A stretch of 64,000 nucleotides of DNA from an uncultured delta proteobacterium. Lineage in GTDB: Bacteria; Desulfobacterota; Desulfobacteria; Desulfobacterales; QNYZ01. Shown one piece after another: positions 47,993-58,088 of this stretch (the first letter of the stretch is position 1; each line of letters opens with the position of its first letter). The notes under the pieces are model-generated. The model worked only from the letters and a program-made list of their open reading frames with translations, was not told the origin of the DNA and searched no databases. The translations under genes were made by a program, and so were the position numbers. The DNA lies in contig CAWJQU010000008.1 of the NCBI GenBank assembly GCA_963845145.1, positions 256,001 to 320,000 of the forward strand. Reading direction: 5' to 3'.

Positions 47993-49726
47993 ATGAAAAC
48001 ATTTGCAACCATCGGCCTTAACGATGAAATCCTAAAAGGATTATCAGCCTTGGGATTTCAAGAACCCACCCCGGTGCAGGCCCAGGTGATTCCATTGATG
48101 TTGGAGAAACAAGTCGATCTGGTGGGCCTGGCCCAAACCGGAACAGGTAAAACCGCCGCGTTTGGTCTTCCATTGATTCAGCGGACAGATGCGAAAAGCA
48201 AGCAAACCCAATGGATGGTTTTGTGTCCCACGCGGGAGCTTTGCGTGCAGGTCGCTAAAGATCTCGAAACCTATTCCCGGTATGTGGACGGACTGAAGAT
48301 TTTGGCCATTTACGGTGGGGCGAGCATCGAAAAACAGATTAGCGCGCTACGCAGAGGTGTCCAGATTATTGTGGCCACCCCGGGTCGCTTAAATGACTTA
48401 ATCAATCGACGCAAGGTGGACATATCCGGCGTTAATTATGTGGTGATCGATGAGGCGGATGAACTGCTGCAGATGGGGTTTCAGGACGAACTAAACGCCA
48501 TTTTGTCCAAGACGCCCAAAGAGAAAAACACCTTGCTGTTTTCGGCAACCATGCCCCAGGAAGTGGCTGCGATTGCCCGCAAGTACATGTCTGATCCGGT
48601 TGAAATCACCATCGGCAAACGCAACGCCGGGGCCGAAAATGTGCGCCATGAATCTTATATGGTGCATGCCAAAAACCGCTATCCGGCATTGAAACGGATC
48701 GTGGACAACTGCCCCACAATTTATGCCATTATTTTTTGCCGGACGCGGATCGAGACCCATGAAATAGCCAATAAATTGATCCAGGAAGGCTACAATGCCG
48801 ATGCGTTGCATGGCGATTTGTCCCAGGCCCAGCGCGATCGAGTGATGGAAAAATTTCGCTGCAAAAACCTGCAGCTGTTGGTGGCCACGGATGTGGCGGC
48901 GCGTGGCCTGGATGTCAATGACCTGACCCATGTGATCAATTACAACCTTCCGGATGATCTTGGCAGTTATACCCATCGCAGTGGCCGTACGGGTCGCGCG
49001 GGGTGCACGGGAATATCGGTTGCGATCATTCATATGAAGGAACGCTATCGGATCAAAGCAATTGAGCGAAAAATTAAAAAACAGTTTAAGGCCTGCCGGA
49101 TTCCTTCGGGAGAGGCAATTTGTAAAAACCACCTGGTGAACCTGGTGGATGAGGTTACCAACGTGGAGGTGGATCACGACCAGCTTGATCCAATGGTTAA
49201 AGAAATATCGGAAAAGCTTGAATCCATGGACCGCGAAGAGCTAATTAAACGCTTTGTCTCTTTGGAGTTTAACCGGGTTTTAAAATACTATAAACATGCG
49301 CCGGATCTCAATGCACCTGATTTTAAGATTCAGAAAGGTTCGAAGGTTCAAAAAGGGACGAGAAAGCAACCGGGAAAAGGAATACGCCCGGATAAAAAAG
49401 CCCCATACACATCGAACTCCGGACTAAAATATACCCGCTTTGCCTTAAATGTCGGCCGGCGTCAGGGCATTGATCCCCAGGGCCTGATTGGAACGATTAA
49501 TCGTGTACCGGGGGTCGGGCGGATTAAGGTCGGAAAGATTGAAATCTTACGCAACAAGGCGCTTATAGAAGCCGATAGCCGCTTTACCCCCCAAGTCCTT
49601 GCCGCATTTCAGCAGCTTGAAATCAAGGGTAAAACCGTTACCATCAATGTGGCCCCGGGTGGTTCCAGCGCCAGTAGGCCCAATAGGGATGCGACGCGTT
49701 TTCAAAAAAAGCAGAAAGCGGCCTAA
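47993..49726 (+). CDS. DEAD-box RNA helicase with DbpA-type C-terminal RNA-binding domain (DeaD/CsdA-like)
   Basis: AQTGTGKT, PTREL, DEAD, SAT and HRSGRTGRAG. Start taken as ATG 47993. Confidence 0.95.
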   Translation: MKTFATIGLNDEILKGLSALGFQEPTPVQAQVIPLMLEKQVDLVGLAQTGTGKTAAFGLPLIQRTDAKSKQTQWMVLCPTRELCVQVAKDLETYSRYVDGLKILAIYGGASIEKQISALRRGVQIIVATPGRLNDLINRRKVDISGVNYVVIDEADELLQMGFQDELNAILSKTPKEKNTLLFSATMPQEVAAIARKYMSDPVEITIGKRNAGAENVRHESYMVHAKNRYPALKRIVDNCPTIYAIIFCRTRIETHEIANKLIQEGYNADALHGDLSQAQRDRVMEKFRCKNLQLLVATDVAARGLDVNDLTHVINYNLPDDLGSYTHRSGRTGRAGCTGISVAIIHMKERYRIKAIERKIKKQFKACRIPSGEAICKNHLVNLVDEVTNVEVDHDQLDPMVKEISEKLESMDREELIKRFVSLEFNRVLKYYKHAPDLNAPDFKIQKGSKVQKGTRKQPGKGIRPDKKAPYTSNSGLKYTRFALNVGRRQGIDPQGLIGTINRVPGVGRIKVGKIEILRNKALIEADSRFTPQVLAAFQQLEIKGKTVTINVAPGGSSASRPNRDATRFQKKQKAA

Positions 49727-49778
49727 GTCGTGTAAAATTAGTCCAAACAACCTGCGGTTTTTAAAATCCGGTTTATCC

Positions 49779-49826
49779 CCTTGGCCACTTGCCTCCTGGA
49801 CCCCTGGACATCTTGAATCCCTGGAT
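49779..49826. repeat. Degenerate ~8-nt tandem repeat between convergent genes
   Basis: ccttggcc acttgcct cctggacc cctggaca tcttgaat ccctggat. Confidence 0.55.
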
Positions 49827-49857
49827 CAACCAATCAAAAGTAGATCTCTTAAAATTG

Positions 49858-50693
49858 TTAAAAGCGACGTTCCGCTTGTATTTTTTCGTAACTTTCCTGG
49901 ATTTCGCGGAAACGACGCTCGGCAAAATCGATAAATTCTTCGGGAAGTCCCTTGGCAATGATTTTGTCGGGATGAAAGTCTTTGACCAATTTTTTATAGT
50001 TTGATTTTATCTCTTCGATCGATGATTTGGGCGTACAATTAAGCATTTTATAATGTTTATCTAATTCCCCAGACTTCCCAAAATAAGCGGCCTTGATGTT
50101 GTCATACTGGCGGTCACTGATCCTGAATATATTTTTTATACCCTTCAAGGCGGTCTCTTCAGCAGGATGCAGGGTCCCGTCAGCGGCTGAAAGTTCGAAT
50201 AGAAGGTTAAAAAAGGAGATCACCAGGTCCGGCTGGTTGTGAATGATCTGGAAGAGTTGCGTTGCGAAATCCTCGATGGCGTAATCGGAGTTTTTGGCCT
50301 CGTTAAAGACCTGACGCGCAAACCGTTTTTCTCTTTCCTCCATTGGCAAACGGTTTATGAAATTTTTGACCACTGGTGATTTCATCCTTGGTAACCACGC
50401 CGTCTATCTTCGACATCTTACCCAGAATTGAGAATAGGCTGATGAAATAAGCGGCCTGGGCCTGCTCCACCTGTTCGAATTCCGGCCTCGGAATCTCCCG
50501 ATACGTCTGATCCCGATATGACTCGATTCTGGTATGACTCATTCTGGTATGACTGATCCCGGTAAGATTGATCAGGGATACCGACCATAGAATCCACCAT
50601 TACGTGTCCAATTGCCAGTCCGGCAATAGCGCCGAGCGGGCCACCAAGCACCAACCCAATCATTCCAAACGTTATTTTTCCAAACCAACTCAT
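49858..50693 (-). pseudogene. djlA: DjlA-like co-chaperone (TM, TerB-like, J domain) with two frameshifts (about 50525 and 50375)
   Basis: MSWFGK..GGPLGA..G, GKMSKIDGVV, ADGTLHPAE and YKKLVKDFHPDK spread over three frames. Confidence 0.85.
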
Positions 50694-50792
50694 CCAAATT
50701 CTCCTTTTGCATCCTCACTACTAAAACAGTTTAGGGCACCGCCGGTTTATGCACTGATTTCTATTAAATCCAAGGGGTGCAGATAGTCATCG

Positions 50793-51140
50793 TTAGGATT
50801 CATCCAAGCCCATCAAATTTTTTAGATTTTCTTTTACCGCCTGTTGATCTTTGGCCGAGAGGTCGCCTATTTTTTTTAAAATTAGGCGGCGATCTAAAGT
50901 AAAAAGCTTCATTCGAACTTTGGAAGGCGCTGGGAGCCCTGCTTTTTTAAGACTGCCTATAACGGTATCAAATGGCCATTGGGCATTTTTTGCACTTGTT
51001 ATCATTGCCAGGGCACAATTATCCGTAATATCGTTGAAACGGTCAAAATCTGACAACACCAATGCGGGTCGCCTTTTTTGAGTTTCCTGATCCGTAAAGG
51101 GAAAAGGCACAACAACAACATCAAAAATTTTATAGATCAC
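50793..51140 (-). CDS. Type II toxin, PemK/MazF family
   Basis: DVVVVPFPFTD..KRRPALVLS, AMITS and GLPAPS. GTG start overlaps the antitoxin. Confidence 0.9.
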   Translation of the reverse strand: MIYKIFDVVVVPFPFTDQETQKRRPALVLSDFDRFNDITDNCALAMITSAKNAQWPFDTVIGSLKKAGLPAPSKVRMKLFTLDRRLILKKIGDLSAKDQQAVKENLKNLMGLDES

Positions 51141-51366
51141 GGTAGGCCTCTTCATCATTTTTAGACAACCACTCTGAAAGTGTGCCTTCAAGCGCCATCG
51201 CAAATTCAAAATCAATCGGGGTTGCTTTACGAATTGTAACCCGATCTTTTGTATCGATTTCAAAAGCCACCGAGTCGCCAGGCAAGAGCCCTAAAATTTT
51301 TCTAACTTTTCCAGGGATCGTTGCCTGGCTTTTAGTGGTGAGTTTACTCGTTATTGCGGGGTCCAT
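51130..51366 (-). CDS. AbrB/MazE/SpoVT-family antitoxin
   Basis: SKLTTKSQATIPGKVRKILGLLPGD and EWLSKNDEEAYRDL. Confidence 0.9.
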   Translation of the reverse strand: MDPAITSKLTTKSQATIPGKVRKILGLLPGDSVAFEIDTKDRVTIRKATPIDFEFAMALEGTLSEWLSKNDEEAYRDL

Positions 51367-51408
51367 TTTCCACTCCTTCAATATAGCGTAGCCTATTGCT
51401 TATTGAGA

Positions 51409-51440
51409 ATTACCGTAATACCGTATTACAGTAATGTCAA
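51409..51440 (-). promoter_or_regulatory. Palindromic operator abutting a -35 box of the TA promoter
   Basis: attaccgtaatac-c-gtattacagtaat (12/13 match), with TTGACA on the minus strand at 51440-51435. Confidence 0.7.
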
Positions 51441-51506
51441 TGTGCTTTCTATGTTGACGATTCGTTACATCCGGTCTGCCATACAAGTTAGGCGCAACTT
51501 GAGTGG

Positions 51507-52253
51507 TTACAGTCCGACGCGTCCATCATCATCTATCAGGCGTTGAATGTCCGGCGCGAATTTCGGGGAACGAAAATGACGGAGCTTTGAAGTCTCAGAC
51601 GTCTTGATGGATAGGCTTGCGGCGTGCAGGGCCAGGCGGGTGAAATGGTGGTTCTCCGCCAGGTAACGGCAGGCCCGTTTTGAGCCGTAGCGCAAATCAC
51701 CAAGTACGGGATGTCCGGCCAGGGCGGCATGGCGACGAATTTGGTGCTTACGGCCGGTAACCAGGATACATTTTAAAAGGGTGTAATGCCGGCTCTGTTT
51801 AAGCGTTTTAAACCGGGTGGTGCAGGCCACTCGCTTGCCTTTGCCCTGGATATGGGTGCGCCCGGCAGCCTTTTTGGTCAATTTCCAGTGCCACTCTCCC
51901 CACGCTTCGCCGGGAGTGATGGGAACAGTACCATGGACCACGGCCAAATATTCTTTTTTCACCAACCCCTGTTCAAACTGTTCTGACAGGAATTTTAACA
52001 CATCACGACGACCGGCCAAAAGAACAAGGCCGCTGGTCTCACGGTCCAACCGGTTCACGGCGTGGAGACCGAATGCGTGATCCAGACCGATCATGTCGTC
52101 GGCCTGGAGATAGTGGGCCAGCTGAGAGCATAGATCCTGCCCCGGATCATTGTGAACCGTGATCCCGGACGGCTTTTCAACCGCCATCCATCCCGGACCA
52201 TGAGCGATCACCTTAAAAGGTTGCTTGTGCCCGGTGCTTTGGGACACGGTCAT
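51507..52253 (-). CDS. RluA-family RNA pseudouridine synthase
   Basis: KPSG, NRLDRETSG, TGRKHQIRRH, GDLRY and LHA. Confidence 0.93.
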   Translation of the reverse strand: MTVSQSTGHKQPFKVIAHGPGWMAVEKPSGITVHNDPGQDLCSQLAHYLQADDMIGLDHAFGLHAVNRLDRETSGLVLLAGRRDVLKFLSEQFEQGLVKKEYLAVVHGTVPITPGEAWGEWHWKLTKKAAGRTHIQGKGKRVACTTRFKTLKQSRHYTLLKCILVTGRKHQIRRHAALAGHPVLGDLRYGSKRACRYLAENHHFTRLALHAASLSIKTSETSKLRHFRSPKFAPDIQRLIDDDGRVGL

Positions 52254-52256
52254 TAT

Positions 52257-52679
52257 TTATCCCATCTCGATCAAATTGCGAATGGCAGTAATATTGAAAA
52301 CAACACCTGCCGCAATCATCTTCGCTGCTTCGGTACCGGCCGCCTCGGCAATTTTTGCCCGCACACCGTCTACCACCGGCCCCTCTTTTTCAATGGTACG
52401 GGCTTCCAAAGATAGCCTGTATCCGGGGGTTTGAAACGACACCGGACCTTCGGCAACGACAAAAAAGACAGCCTTCGGGTTCTCCTCCAGATTCTTTAGG
52501 GTGCGGTTATTCCCAAGCCCCATAACCAGGGTGCCGTCTTCCATGAGCCGGGGACTCCCAAAGTAAGCTACATTGGGCTCTCCGGTGGCACTGGCTGTGG
52601 CAAGAACACCGATACGGCCCGGTTTGTTGGCGATCTCTAAGATCTCCTTGCTAATGTCGACCATTTTTTTTCCTTTCAA
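52257..52679 (-). CDS. Pyridoxamine 5'-phosphate oxidase-family FMN-binding protein
   Basis: LATASATGEPNVA and RTLKNLEENP. Confidence 0.85.
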   Translation of the reverse strand: MKGKKMVDISKEILEIANKPGRIGVLATASATGEPNVAYFGSPRLMEDGTLVMGLGNNRTLKNLEENPKAVFFVVAEGPVSFQTPGYRLSLEARTIEKEGPVVDGVRAKIAEAAGTEAAKMIAAGVVFNITAIRNLIEMG

Positions 52680-52788
52680 CTTGTTGGGTTAGCACGATTT
52701 TTATCAGGTTCGAAAGGTGTGTGTTTTGAATGACATATTAATCAGAACCTATTTAAATCGCAGGAAATATACGCACCGTCTCTATTTG

Positions 52789-53970
52789 TTAAAAAATACT
52801 CAGGGCCTGTTCCAAATCGGCAATCAGGTCATCCGTATCCTCGATGCCGGTTGAATAACGAATCAGGCTTTCGGGAATACCCATGGCCGCCCGCTCCCCG
52901 GCCGTACATTCCACATGGCTGGTGGTAGCCGGCGGCCCTACAATGGTTTCTACGGAACCCAAATTAGCCGCGGAATGGCTGTAGCGCAAACGGGGCAGAA
53001 AACGACGCACCGCATCGAAGTTGTTTTCCTTTAACATGAAACTTAAGACCCCGCCGAAACCCCGCATTTGACGGGCGGCAATCTCGTAGCCTTCATGAGA
53101 TTTCAACCCCGGATAAAAGACCCTTTCGATGGCGGCATGATCCGCCAGAAAGCGGGCGATCTGGAGCGCGCTTTCATTTTGCTGTCGAATCCGCAAATGG
53201 AGGGTTTTCATTCCGCGCAACAACAGGTACGCCGCCATGGGGTGTAGTGTGGCGCCGTTTATTTCACGAAAATGGTAGATCCGGTCGATCAGATCTTGCC
53301 GCCCGCAAATGACGCCGCCCAGGGCATCGGCATGCCCGCCAAGAAACTTGGTGGCGCTGTGCAAAACCAGGTCGGCCCCAAGCGTTAGGGGCGTCTGGTT
53401 GATCGGTGTGGCAAACGTATTGTCCACGATAACCGTTGCATCCACCTTGTGTGCGGCTTTGGACAGGCGGGCCAGATCGACGATCTTAATGGTCGGATTG
53501 GTGGGGCTTTCCAGGTATAACAGGTCGCAGCCTTTGGCCACTTCCTTCTCGATCTCGGCGTGATCCGTCGTATGGCATAATGTGACTTCGATATTATACC
53601 GGGGTAAAAATTCGGTAAAGATAACATTGGTGCCGCCGTAGGTATCCCTGACCGATACCACGCGACGGCCGGGCGCCAACAGTGCAAAAAGCGTACTGCT
53701 GATAATCCCCATGCCGGTGGATGCGCTTGTTGCCGCTTGGGCACCTTCCAGATCGCGTATTTTCGCTTCAAAAACGTCGACCGTGGGATTGGTGTTGCGC
53801 CCGTAAATGTGCCCGGCTTTTTCGCCCTGGGCTACCTCAAGCCATTCGTCCATATCCGGATATCCGAATGAGACACTGTGGACTACCGGCACTTGCGTCG
53901 CTCCGTGCATCCAGCGTGTCTCTTCACCCGCCCATACGGAACGGGTTCCTGTTCCGGCCGGTTTTATCAT
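52789..53970 (-). CDS. Cys/Met metabolism PLP enzyme (cystathionine gamma-synthase/lyase family)
   Basis: YGRNTNPT, ESPTNP, DNTFATP, HSATKFLGGH and ANLG. Confidence 0.93.
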   Translation of the reverse strand: MIKPAGTGTRSVWAGEETRWMHGATQVPVVHSVSFGYPDMDEWLEVAQGEKAGHIYGRNTNPTVDVFEAKIRDLEGAQAATSASTGMGIISSTLFALLAPGRRVVSVRDTYGGTNVIFTEFLPRYNIEVTLCHTTDHAEIEKEVAKGCDLLYLESPTNPTIKIVDLARLSKAAHKVDATVIVDNTFATPINQTPLTLGADLVLHSATKFLGGHADALGGVICGRQDLIDRIYHFREINGATLHPMAAYLLLRGMKTLHLRIRQQNESALQIARFLADHAAIERVFYPGLKSHEGYEIAARQMRGFGGVLSFMLKENNFDAVRRFLPRLRYSHSAANLGSVETIVGPPATTSHVECTAGERAAMGIPESLIRYSTGIEDTDDLIADLEQALSIF

Positions 53971-54482
53971 TTATTTATCCTTTTATCCCCTTTTGGGCGG
54001 TCCACCACGGCCAGCGTCACGGTCGCCTTGGAAACCAATTTTCGGGGTACTCCGGGCCCTTCGCAATACACTTCCGATTCGGCGACGATAAGACGCCGAC
54101 CGGGTTTTAAGATCGTGGCGATGCATGCCAGGCGATTACCCTTAGCCACCCGCAACAAATTGATTTTAAATTCGGCAGACAAAATGACTTTGCCCTTGGC
54201 GATAACCGTCGATGCGGCCGCCCCGGCTGTGTGATCCGCAATGGCCGCCTGAACCGCGGCATGAACGTAGCCATCCTGCTGAAGATGCCGATCTTCTATG
54301 GCCAATCGGGTTTCGCATTTTCCCGGCTCAAAATGAACCGACCGAATGCCCAGCGCATTAACAAACGGTGCCTCATTTAAAATTCGATTGGTTTCCGTTA
54401 CGTAGTCCGGGTTGTTCGGTACCATCTTCATAAACTGGCTCATCGATGCTGTTTCTGTCGTCGGGTCGTCTTTGAAGGCCAC
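53967..54482 (-). CDS. PaaI-family thioesterase
   Basis: HLQQDGYVHAAV..IADHTAG and EFKINLLR. Start uncertain. Confidence 0.9.
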   Translation of the reverse strand: MAFKDDPTTETASMSQFMKMVPNNPDYVTETNRILNEAPFVNALGIRSVHFEPGKCETRLAIEDRHLQQDGYVHAAVQAAIADHTAGAAASTVIAKGKVILSAEFKINLLRVAKGNRLACIATILKPGRRLIVAESEVYCEGPGVPRKLVSKATVTLAVVDRPKGDKRINK

Positions 54483-54674
54483 GCCGCTTTATCCACATAT
54501 CCACATATCATCGATAATCGCTATAATGCAATTTTTACTTGCGATTGCCCTGGGTGGCTATTTGCGCCCTCTTTACCCCACTTGGCTTTCCTGATATGTT
54601 TGCCTGATCGTAATCAATTTTCTAAAAGATCCTTTGGGATTAATCGATAATATTTTAGGAAGAAAGAGGTAATC

Positions 54675-55112
54675 ATGATTTTCGTCGGTAACTTTTTGGT
54701 TTTAACCGATCAGGAAAAGATCCAGGAAACAGAACGACGCCATGGTGAGTTTAACCTGATCGTTGAGGCGCCCAATGCACCGGATGCACTCGTTCACTTT
54801 AAAGACTGCATCGTGGCGCATCGTCGCAGTAGCGATTTCTTTCAGGGTGACTGTTCGTTTTTTCTGATTCAGCTGCTCGAGTTTAATCGCCTCCCCACCC
54901 ACGGCGCCATGCTGCTAACCTATAAATCTACCGTGGGGGACCCATCGCTACCCTACATCAGCTGTCTGGTTCCGGGCCGGGAGACGGATGGTTGCCGTAT
55001 TTTTGACTGGGAGGGTAAACGCCCCCAGATCGATGGCCACGCTGAAAATCTCTTTTTAGAATTCAAGGCCGGTGCCGATGTCGCACCTGAACAGATTGAG
55101 GCAAAGGAATAA
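54675..55112 (+). CDS. Hypothetical protein
   Basis: 145-aa ORF with GAGG RBS. Confidence 0.7.
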   Translation: MIFVGNFLVLTDQEKIQETERRHGEFNLIVEAPNAPDALVHFKDCIVAHRRSSDFFQGDCSFFLIQLLEFNRLPTHGAMLLTYKSTVGDPSLPYISCLVPGRETDGCRIFDWEGKRPQIDGHAENLFLEFKAGADVAPEQIEAKE

Positions 55113-55119
55113 TAACCCC

Positions 55120-55341
55120 ATGGTTGCTGAAACCGACATAGTCACGGTTCGGGTCAACGTTGATCTTCCTGCCAAGGCTTTGCAAACGATCGTCCAAACC
55201 CTGAAGACAATGGTCGGGCCTGATGATAAGGGCCATTACCGTGTAGATACGGCGGACAAAACCGGAGAAATCATATCCCGATTTCTGCATGAAAATGGGT
55301 TTGGGGAATATGTAAATAACCCGGAAAAATACTCCGTGTGA
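55120..55341 (+). CDS. Small hypothetical protein
   Basis: MVAETDIVTVRVNV...YRVDTAD. Packed in an operon, with its stop overlapping the next start. Confidence 0.65.
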   Translation: MVAETDIVTVRVNVDLPAKALQTIVQTLKTMVGPDDKGHYRVDTADKTGEIISRFLHENGFGEYVNNPEKYSV

Positions 55342-56246
55342 ACCATCCGCCCATCCGCTTTGATCGTTATGGTCTGCAATGGTTCCACGCCGTTTCACGG
55401 TGGATATGGGTAAGCTTCATTTTACTATCGAGTGTCGCACCCATTGATTTAACGCCGCTGATACCAGCCTCGATAGTGGGGGCAACTTTCCTTCAGCCGC
55501 ACGTCTACGCGCAAAGCCAGGCCCCAAAATTATGGCCTAAAAACCTGGACACCTCCCACCCGCCTCTTTTTTATTGCCGGATTGTTCGTTCCTACCCGCA
55601 TGACCCCGAGGCATTTACGCAGGGGTTGATCTTTTCGGACGGTTTTTTTTTCGAGGGGACAGGACTCAATGGGCGTTCATCGTTACGCAAAGTGGAACCG
55701 ATAACGGGTCGGGTGGTAAAGATAAAATCCCTGCCCAACCGCTATTTCGGAGAGGGAATTGCCAGATTCAAGGATCGCTTGATTCAGCTTACCTGGAAAG
55801 CGGGAACTGTATTCAGCTACGATATTTACTCTTTTCAGGTTTTGGATACGCTCTCCTGGCCCCGCGAAGGCTGGGGAATCACCACCGATCATACCCACCT
55901 GATCATCAGCGACGGCACCCATAAACTCTATTTTCTCGATCCGGATACATTTACAGTTTCGCGCACACTTCCGGTGATGTCTGACAATGGGCCGGTAAGC
56001 CGATTAAATGAGTTGGAGTGGGTGGAGGGGGTCATTCTGGCCAATGTGTGGCAAACAGATAAAATTGCCGTTATCGAACCCCAAACCGGCCGGGTCGCCG
56101 CCTGGATCAGTATGGCCGGGTTGGCCGCTGCCCCCCGGCGGGGTGTGCCCAACGGCATCGCCTATGATTACCAAAGCCGACGGCTATATGTCACCGGAAA
56201 AAGGTGGCCCCAAATCTTTGAAGTGACATTGTCTGCGAAACAATAA
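55338..56246 (+). CDS. Glutaminyl-peptide cyclotransferase (bacterial/plant type)
   Basis: YPHDPEAFTQGL, FGEG, QLTW, EGWG, SDGT, LNELE, ANVW and NGIA. Confidence 0.92.
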   Translation: MNHPPIRFDRYGLQWFHAVSRWIWVSFILLSSVAPIDLTPLIPASIVGATFLQPHVYAQSQAPKLWPKNLDTSHPPLFYCRIVRSYPHDPEAFTQGLIFSDGFFFEGTGLNGRSSLRKVEPITGRVVKIKSLPNRYFGEGIARFKDRLIQLTWKAGTVFSYDIYSFQVLDTLSWPREGWGITTDHTHLIISDGTHKLYFLDPDTFTVSRTLPVMSDNGPVSRLNELEWVEGVILANVWQTDKIAVIEPQTGRVAAWISMAGLAAAPRRGVPNGIAYDYQSRRLYVTGKRWPQIFEVTLSAKQ

Positions 56247-56257
56247 AAGGGTGCCCG

Positions 56258-57262
56258 CTATTGCCGGTTCATTAAAAAAGAAATCAGCATGGCAGGATCT
56301 TCAAATACATGTCTGGCGCCGGCTGCCGTCAGCCTGGCTTTAAGTTCGGTTGGGTCAGGTGCCGTGGCCGTAAATCCGATCCCATTATAGTTATCACGCG
56401 CATTCGATGCGGCAACCATATCATCGGGCATATCGCCCACATAATATCGTTTCTCCGGTAACGGCTCGATCATTTGGGTCATCATATTTAACATGAACGG
56501 GTCCGGTTTGCTCAATGAGCGCGTGACGCCGTCGCGCGCCAAATATTTTTTCTCAGCCGCCAGACAATCATCAAGGGTCACAACCCTGTCAAAAAAGGGG
56601 GCCAACCCAAAAACCGACAACGGATAGATCGCCTCGGCACGGGGACGCCCTGTGGCAATCGCCAGGCAATTTTTCTCAGCCAGTTCACGAATACTATTTT
56701 TTTCTATTATTAGTTTTTCCGTATGGTTAAGTCCGGTATCCTTATGTAAAACCGGAGCACAACTATATGTCTCCGAAAAGAGGCTTTCCCCCAGATAAAT
56801 TTCCTGAAAAATCTGCTTGATAACATTGCCGCTGCCCACATCGCCCTGATACATGCCGGCCACAAAATCGTTGACAGGGGTCGTTTGGTCGCTCAACAAC
56901 CGGGTCAGGGGCCGATCAACGGTATTTAAGAATTCGGTCAAAGGGGCCGCGTCCCAGCGGGAGACGGTTTGCCGGTAAATTGACCACTTGTCCCCTTTTT
57001 CAATCGCTGAATCTGAATGACCGACCCGACGGCAAAGCAACTGAATGACACGGTAAGTCAGATCCCAATCATTATTTAACCCACCGCTCTGCTTGACGGC
57101 GGCCAACTCAGCTAATGAAAACAGTGGATCGGGCAGGCCGCCCCCTCCTTTGGCTTCGGCTAAAAAAACCCGCGCCGTTTGCCGAACCGTCTCCCGATAG
57201 GAGGTCGAGACGTCAATGAGAACGCCATCCATGTCAAAAACGATTAATGCTTTTTTTGTCAA
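56258..57262 (-). CDS. HAD-superfamily hydrolase
   Basis: FDMDGVLIDV, NNDWD, ATGRP, KPDP and YVGDMPDD. Confidence 0.9.
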   Translation of the reverse strand: MTKKALIVFDMDGVLIDVSTSYRETVRQTARVFLAEAKGGGGLPDPLFSLAELAAVKQSGGLNNDWDLTYRVIQLLCRRVGHSDSAIEKGDKWSIYRQTVSRWDAAPLTEFLNTVDRPLTRLLSDQTTPVNDFVAGMYQGDVGSGNVIKQIFQEIYLGESLFSETYSCAPVLHKDTGLNHTEKLIIEKNSIRELAEKNCLAIATGRPRAEAIYPLSVFGLAPFFDRVVTLDDCLAAEKKYLARDGVTRSLSKPDPFMLNMMTQMIEPLPEKRYYVGDMPDDMVAASNARDNYNGIGFTATAPDPTELKARLTAAGARHVFEDPAMLISFLMNRQ

Positions 57263-57356
57263 TTATCTATACTTCCTATATTTTTAATAACTTAACAGTA
57301 TTATTTAAATGAATGGACGAAGCCTATAATAGCATTGTCAGATGGGTGCATCCAGA

Positions 57357-58082
57357 TTAAAAAAGCCGGTTAGCGTGGACTGAAGGAAGACCGGCATCGA
57401 TGATTTTATTGGCTGTCATTACGATATCGTACTGGACAAAGCGGACTTCCAATGTACCGGCCGCGTCGTCAAAGATAACATATTTCGCCCGATTGTCCGT
57501 GTCTCGAGGTTGGCCCACACTGCCGACGTTGATAATATATTGATTCGACGGATCGATATCGATAAGACCCCGGCGCAGAGGCCGCCGTTCTATTTTTTTA
57601 CCATTATTTACGACGATTTCCAGACGATGGGAATGCCCGACAAAACACAACCGATCCATGTGCTCTTTAAAAGTGTGGTCAAGTCGCCATGGTTCGACGT
57701 CAAATAGATACGTCGTCACCGAATCGGGTGGAAACCCGTGAACAAAAGTGTGCCCGTTAAATACGATCGCTTCTTCCAATGTTTTAATAAATGTCACAGA
57801 ATCATCGGAAAGCATATCGCGGGTTTTGTTCAGAGATTCTCTGGCCATAGGATTGAACCACTTGAGAAGCTCGGGTTCCAATAAGGCCAACTCATGATTG
57901 CCCATAATGCTGGGAATGCCCCGGGCCGTAATGCATTCCAAAACTGCTTCTGAATCGGGGCCGTACCCGATGTTATCCCCCAGATTGATGATTTTATCCA
58001 TCTGGTGGTCATCAATATCAGCCAATACCTGAGAAAGGGCTTCTAAGTTACCGTGAATATCCGAAATTATGGCCAACCGCAT
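57357..58082 (-). CDS. Calcineurin-like metallophosphoesterase
   Basis: SDIHGN, LGD..GYG, GNHE, GHSH and NVGSVGQPRD. Confidence 0.93.
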   Translation of the reverse strand: MRLAIISDIHGNLEALSQVLADIDDHQMDKIINLGDNIGYGPDSEAVLECITARGIPSIMGNHELALLEPELLKWFNPMARESLNKTRDMLSDDSVTFIKTLEEAIVFNGHTFVHGFPPDSVTTYLFDVEPWRLDHTFKEHMDRLCFVGHSHRLEIVVNNGKKIERRPLRRGLIDIDPSNQYIINVGSVGQPRDTDNRAKYVIFDDAAGTLEVRFVQYDIVMTANKIIDAGLPSVHANRLF

Positions 58083-58088
58083 CGCCGT

